From the NCBI GenBank assembly GCA_965117045.1, contig OZ220749.1:1288143-1352142 (forward strand): a stretch of 64,000 nucleotides of DNA, read 5' to 3'. Made by a program: the position numbers and the translations under genes. The first letter of the stretch is position 1. Every line of letters begins with the position of its first letter. The notes below the pieces were generated by a model. The model saw nothing but the letters and a program-made list of their open reading frames with translations, was not told the origin of the DNA and did no database searches. This document shows positions 60,917-64,000 of this stretch, one piece after another. The stretch comes from a bacterium (GTDB lineage Bacteria > JAAXHH01).

Positions 60917-62116
60917 TCAGGAGGAATAACCGTCCTGGCAGGGACCGCAGTGCTGCGGCCGGACCGGCGCCCGGTACTGCACGCGGTGATCGGGCGTCTC
61001 CAGGCGGATACCGCCCCGCTGCTTCGACGTGAGGCAATGATCGAGGATGCCGCAGACGGTGAGCGTCCGTTCCACCGGGATCGGGGAAACCCCGGTCTCG
61101 AACATCTCGTCGATCCTCGACACCAGGCACGCGGAATAGGTGACCGGTGGCGTGGGCGGTAGGAAGAACTGGGTCGACTTTGGATCGGGATCGTCCTTCA
61201 GGCGGGCGGCGAAGCAGTAGTCGCCGATGGCGCCGTTGAGCATGAGCAGCGTGGTCTTCAGTCCATCCATGTGTTCGATGAAATAGGCGGCCGGCTCCGT
61301 GGCGAGACGGCGTAGCTCGCCCGTACCCAACAGGTCCTGGGTACGGCCGTCCTTCTCGGGCAGCCCCTTCGGACTGTCGCAACGGGACAGCGCCGATTCC
61401 AGCAGTTCCTTCGAATAGCGTCCCTGATCGCCAGCCTCCCACACGGCGTCGCCCATGATCATCTGTACCGCTTTGACCCCTGTCTCTCCGCCTCTGCGCC
61501 GCTCGATCATGCACTGCATGGCTTCGAGGGCGTGGTAGTCCATGGCGTCCGATCCGCCGACGCCCACCATCAACGCTTCCTCGATGTCGCAGTCCAGCGG
61601 GAGTTCCAGGTCGGGCAGCCGCCAGGTGACCGGCAGGCTCGAACCCGCAAGCACCGGGAAACCGAGCCGCTTCGAATCGGCCACCATCTCCAGCCCCTTG
61701 TCGAAGCTGTAGGAAAGGTTCTTGTCGTTGTAGACCGGTACCGAGCGGCCGTCCTGCTCGAACACCTCGACGCAGGCCTTGAACATCTCGTAGCGCGGGT
61801 AGCGTTTCTGTCCTTTTTCGTTGTTCGGATAATCGCCATGCTCGCAGATGATCAGGATACCGTCCACCGCAAGGGCATCCCCGCCGCACCGCAGCGCTTC
61901 GGCGATGGTGGGGTAGACCCCGAAGCCGAACTCGCGGGCGCGGTCGGTACTCTGGTCGCCTTCGGGCCGCTGGTCGACATAGAGCGACACCACCTCCACG
62001 TTCGGCCGGTGCCAGCGGCCGGACCGCGGGTAGCCCACCAGGAACCGGTCCGCGAAATGCTGCGCGTGGGAGAGATAGGTGTAGATGGAACTGATGACGG
62101 CGAGCCGTTTGGCCAT
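60917..62116 (-). CDS. Uncharacterised Rossmann-type (Gfo/Idh/MocA-like) protein
   Basis: SLYVDQ, IAEAL..LAVDG..EHGDYP, NDKNLS, AGSSLPVTWR, HALE; paralog of the next gene. Confidence 0.75.
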   Translation of the reverse strand: MAKRLAVISSIYTYLSHAQHFADRFLVGYPRSGRWHRPNVEVVSLYVDQRPEGDQSTDRAREFGFGVYPTIAEALRCGGDALAVDGILIICEHGDYPNNEKGQKRYPRYEMFKACVEVFEQDGRSVPVYNDKNLSYSFDKGLEMVADSKRLGFPVLAGSSLPVTWRLPDLELPLDCDIEEALMVGVGGSDAMDYHALEAMQCMIERRRGGETGVKAVQMIMGDAVWEAGDQGRYSKELLESALSRCDSPKGLPEKDGRTQDLLGTGELRRLATEPAAYFIEHMDGLKTTLLMLNGAIGDYCFAARLKDDPDPKSTQFFLPPTPPVTYSACLVSRIDEMFETGVSPIPVERTLTVCGILDHCLTSKQRGGIRLETPDHRVQYRAPVRPQHCGPCQDGYSS

Positions 62117-62120
62117 GATG

Positions 62121-63314
62121 TCAATATCTCCAGAACGTGGAGTGCTCGGGCGCCGGGTAGGCGACGTCGAGATGAGGCGTCTCGAGGCGCACCTGTCCCT
62201 CGTGCAGGCTGTCCACCCCCGCCGCGGTGAGGCCCGTCGTCAACAGGGTCCGTTCCACGGGATAGGCGGCCTCGCCGGTGAGGAACATCTGCTCCACGTT
62301 GTTGACCTGCGGCGAGAAGAAGTTGGCCAGCGAGGTGCGCGCGGGCGGCATGGGCAGGTACATCTGCGTCGACAGCGGTTCGCTTCGCCCCGTGAGGCGC
62401 GCCGCGAAATTGAAGTCCTCCACCAGCCCGTTGAAGAGGATCATGGTGCACCTGAGCCCGTCGCGGTGCTCGTAGGTATAGGCCACCGGATCTTCCACCA
62501 TCCGCTTCATCTCGTTGATGGTCGGGAATATGTTATTGAATCCGTCGCGGGACGGCTTCAGCGTATGGCTGCGGCAGAGCGCCGCTTCGAAGAGTTCGCG
62601 GGACCACACGCCGTCGTGGAAGGCTTCCCAGAAGGCCTCACCGCGCCGGGCGTGGAGCCAGGCCACGCCCGCCTCGCCGCCGTTGCGCCGTTCGACCATG
62701 CACTGCAGCGTCTCCAGGCCGTGGAAGTCGTAGCTGTCGACCCCGCCGTAGCACACGCACACGGCCTCCTCCACCTCGGCGTGCAGCGGCATGTCGACCG
62801 AGGGCGTCCGCCAGGTGACCGGCAGGCTGGACCCCGCCATGAAAGCGAACCCCAACCGCCGCGAGGTATCGTACATCTCCCGGGCCCAGTCCCAGTTCCA
62901 CGACAGGTGCTTGTCATTGAAGATCGGCGCGGAACGGCCGCTGGCCTCGTAGACCTCCACGATATCGCGGAACAGCTCGTAGCGCGGATAGAGTCGCTGC
63001 CCCTTCTCGTTGGTCGGATACTCGCCGTGCTCGCCCACGAGGAGGACGCCGTCCACCTGCAGCGAATCCCCGCCCAGGGTGAGGGCTTCGGCGACCGTGG
63101 GGTAGATCTTCATCTGGGGAAACCGGGCGGCCCGGTCCCTGCTGAGATCGTTCTCGCGCACCTGGTCCACGTACAGGGAGACCAGGTCCATCGGCGGGTG
63201 GTGGTGCCGTCCGGCCCAGCCGTACCCCTCCAGGAAGCGGTCCACGATATGCTGGGTGTGGGCGTAGGGATGGTAGATGGTCGTGATCGCGGCGATCTTC
63301 GGTCGGTTGGGCAT
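62121..63314 (-). CDS. Uncharacterised Rossmann-type (Gfo/Idh/MocA-like) protein
   Basis: Same motif set (SLYVDQ, EHGEYP, NDKHLS, AGSSLPVTWR, HGLE). Confidence 0.75.
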   Translation of the reverse strand: MPNRPKIAAITTIYHPYAHTQHIVDRFLEGYGWAGRHHHPPMDLVSLYVDQVRENDLSRDRAARFPQMKIYPTVAEALTLGGDSLQVDGVLLVGEHGEYPTNEKGQRLYPRYELFRDIVEVYEASGRSAPIFNDKHLSWNWDWAREMYDTSRRLGFAFMAGSSLPVTWRTPSVDMPLHAEVEEAVCVCYGGVDSYDFHGLETLQCMVERRNGGEAGVAWLHARRGEAFWEAFHDGVWSRELFEAALCRSHTLKPSRDGFNNIFPTINEMKRMVEDPVAYTYEHRDGLRCTMILFNGLVEDFNFAARLTGRSEPLSTQMYLPMPPARTSLANFFSPQVNNVEQMFLTGEAAYPVERTLLTTGLTAAGVDSLHEGQVRLETPHLDVAYPAPEHSTFWRY

Positions 63315-63323
63315 GGTCGTAAG

Positions 63324-64000
63324 CTAGACGCGCCCCCGGTCGCCGTTGTCCGCGGTCCGGTCGTGCTTGATTACGGTCATGGCCGACGCGATGATGGAAC
63401 TGACGTCGCTTAGATTGGAGGGGATGATCAGGCTGTTGCCCGATTTGGCCAGGTTGCCGAAGGTTTCGATGTACTGCTCGGCCACCCGCAGCTGCACGGC
63501 CTCGTCGCCGCCATCGGACTTGATGGCACCGGCAATGGCCCGGACGCCCTCGGCCGTGGCGTTGGCGACGGTGAGGATGGCCTGGCCTTCGCCTTCGGCC
63601 TCGTTGATCTGCTGCTGCTTCTTGGCCTCGGATTCCTTGATGACCTTCTGCTTCTCGCCCTCGGCCTGGTTGATGTTGGAGTCGCGCAACCCCTCCGAAT
63701 TCAGGATGGCCGCACGCTTCTCCCGTTCGGCCCGCATCTGCTTCTCCATGGCCTCCAGGACGTCCCGGGGCGGGCTGATGTTTCTGATTTCATACCGCAG
63801 GACCTTGACGCCCCAGGGATCGGACGCCTTGTCCAGTTCGCTGACGACGGAAAAGTTGATGGCGCCCCGCTCTTCGAAGGTCTTGTCCAGGTCGATCTTG
63901 CCCACTTCGCTTCTCAGGGTCGTCTGGGCGAGCTGCGTGATGGCCATGTCGTAATCGGCGATGCCGTAGGAAGCCCGCTCCGCATCCAGCACCTGCATGT
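63324..64000 (-). CDS. SPFH/stomatin (QmcA-like) protein, 3' part
   Basis: LAQTTLRSEVG..WGVKVLRYEIRNISPP..MEKQMRAEREKRA. Confidence 0.93.
   Translation of the reverse strand, partial: MQVLDAERASYGIADYDMAITQLAQTTLRSEVGKIDLDKTFEERGAINFSVVSELDKASDPWGVKVLRYEIRNISPPRDVLEAMEKQMRAEREKRAAILNSEGLRDSNINQAEGEKQKVIKESEAKKQQQINEAEGEGQAILTVANATAEGVRAIAGAIKSDGGDEAVQLRVAEQYIETFGNLAKSGNSLIIPSNLSDVSSIIASAMTVIKHDRTADNGDRGRV

Overview
High-GC bacterial chromosomal segment with about 55 genes. I saw no rRNA, tRNA, CRISPR array or transposase. The first 17 kb holds an ABC efflux operon and a carbohydrate/PLP-enzyme catabolic cluster. From 17 to 59 kb is a stress and DNA-repair region (alkA, polB, uvrA, dinB, sfsA, several VOC/DinB/SRPBCC proteins) interleaved with 11 ankyrin-repeat genes, including an ECF sigma factor-ankyrin fusion (frameshifted) and a group II truncated hemoglobin-ankyrin fusion. 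The last 5 kb has yggX, a B12 radical SAM enzyme, two paralogous oxidoreductase-like genes and an SPFH gene. Three signals are missing from the ORF track. (1) A class I methyltransferase is split by two consecutive in-frame UGA codons followed by a SECIS-like hairpin, suggesting a tandem Sec-Sec selenoprotein. (2) The radical SAM gene reads through UGA into a CUAEP tail with its own SECIS-like hairpin, which supports Sec decoding in this organism. (3) A promoter-delimited, ~145-nt structured leader RNA sequesters the ribosome-binding site of an ankyrin gene. All calls come from reading motifs by eye; no searches or folding programs were run.
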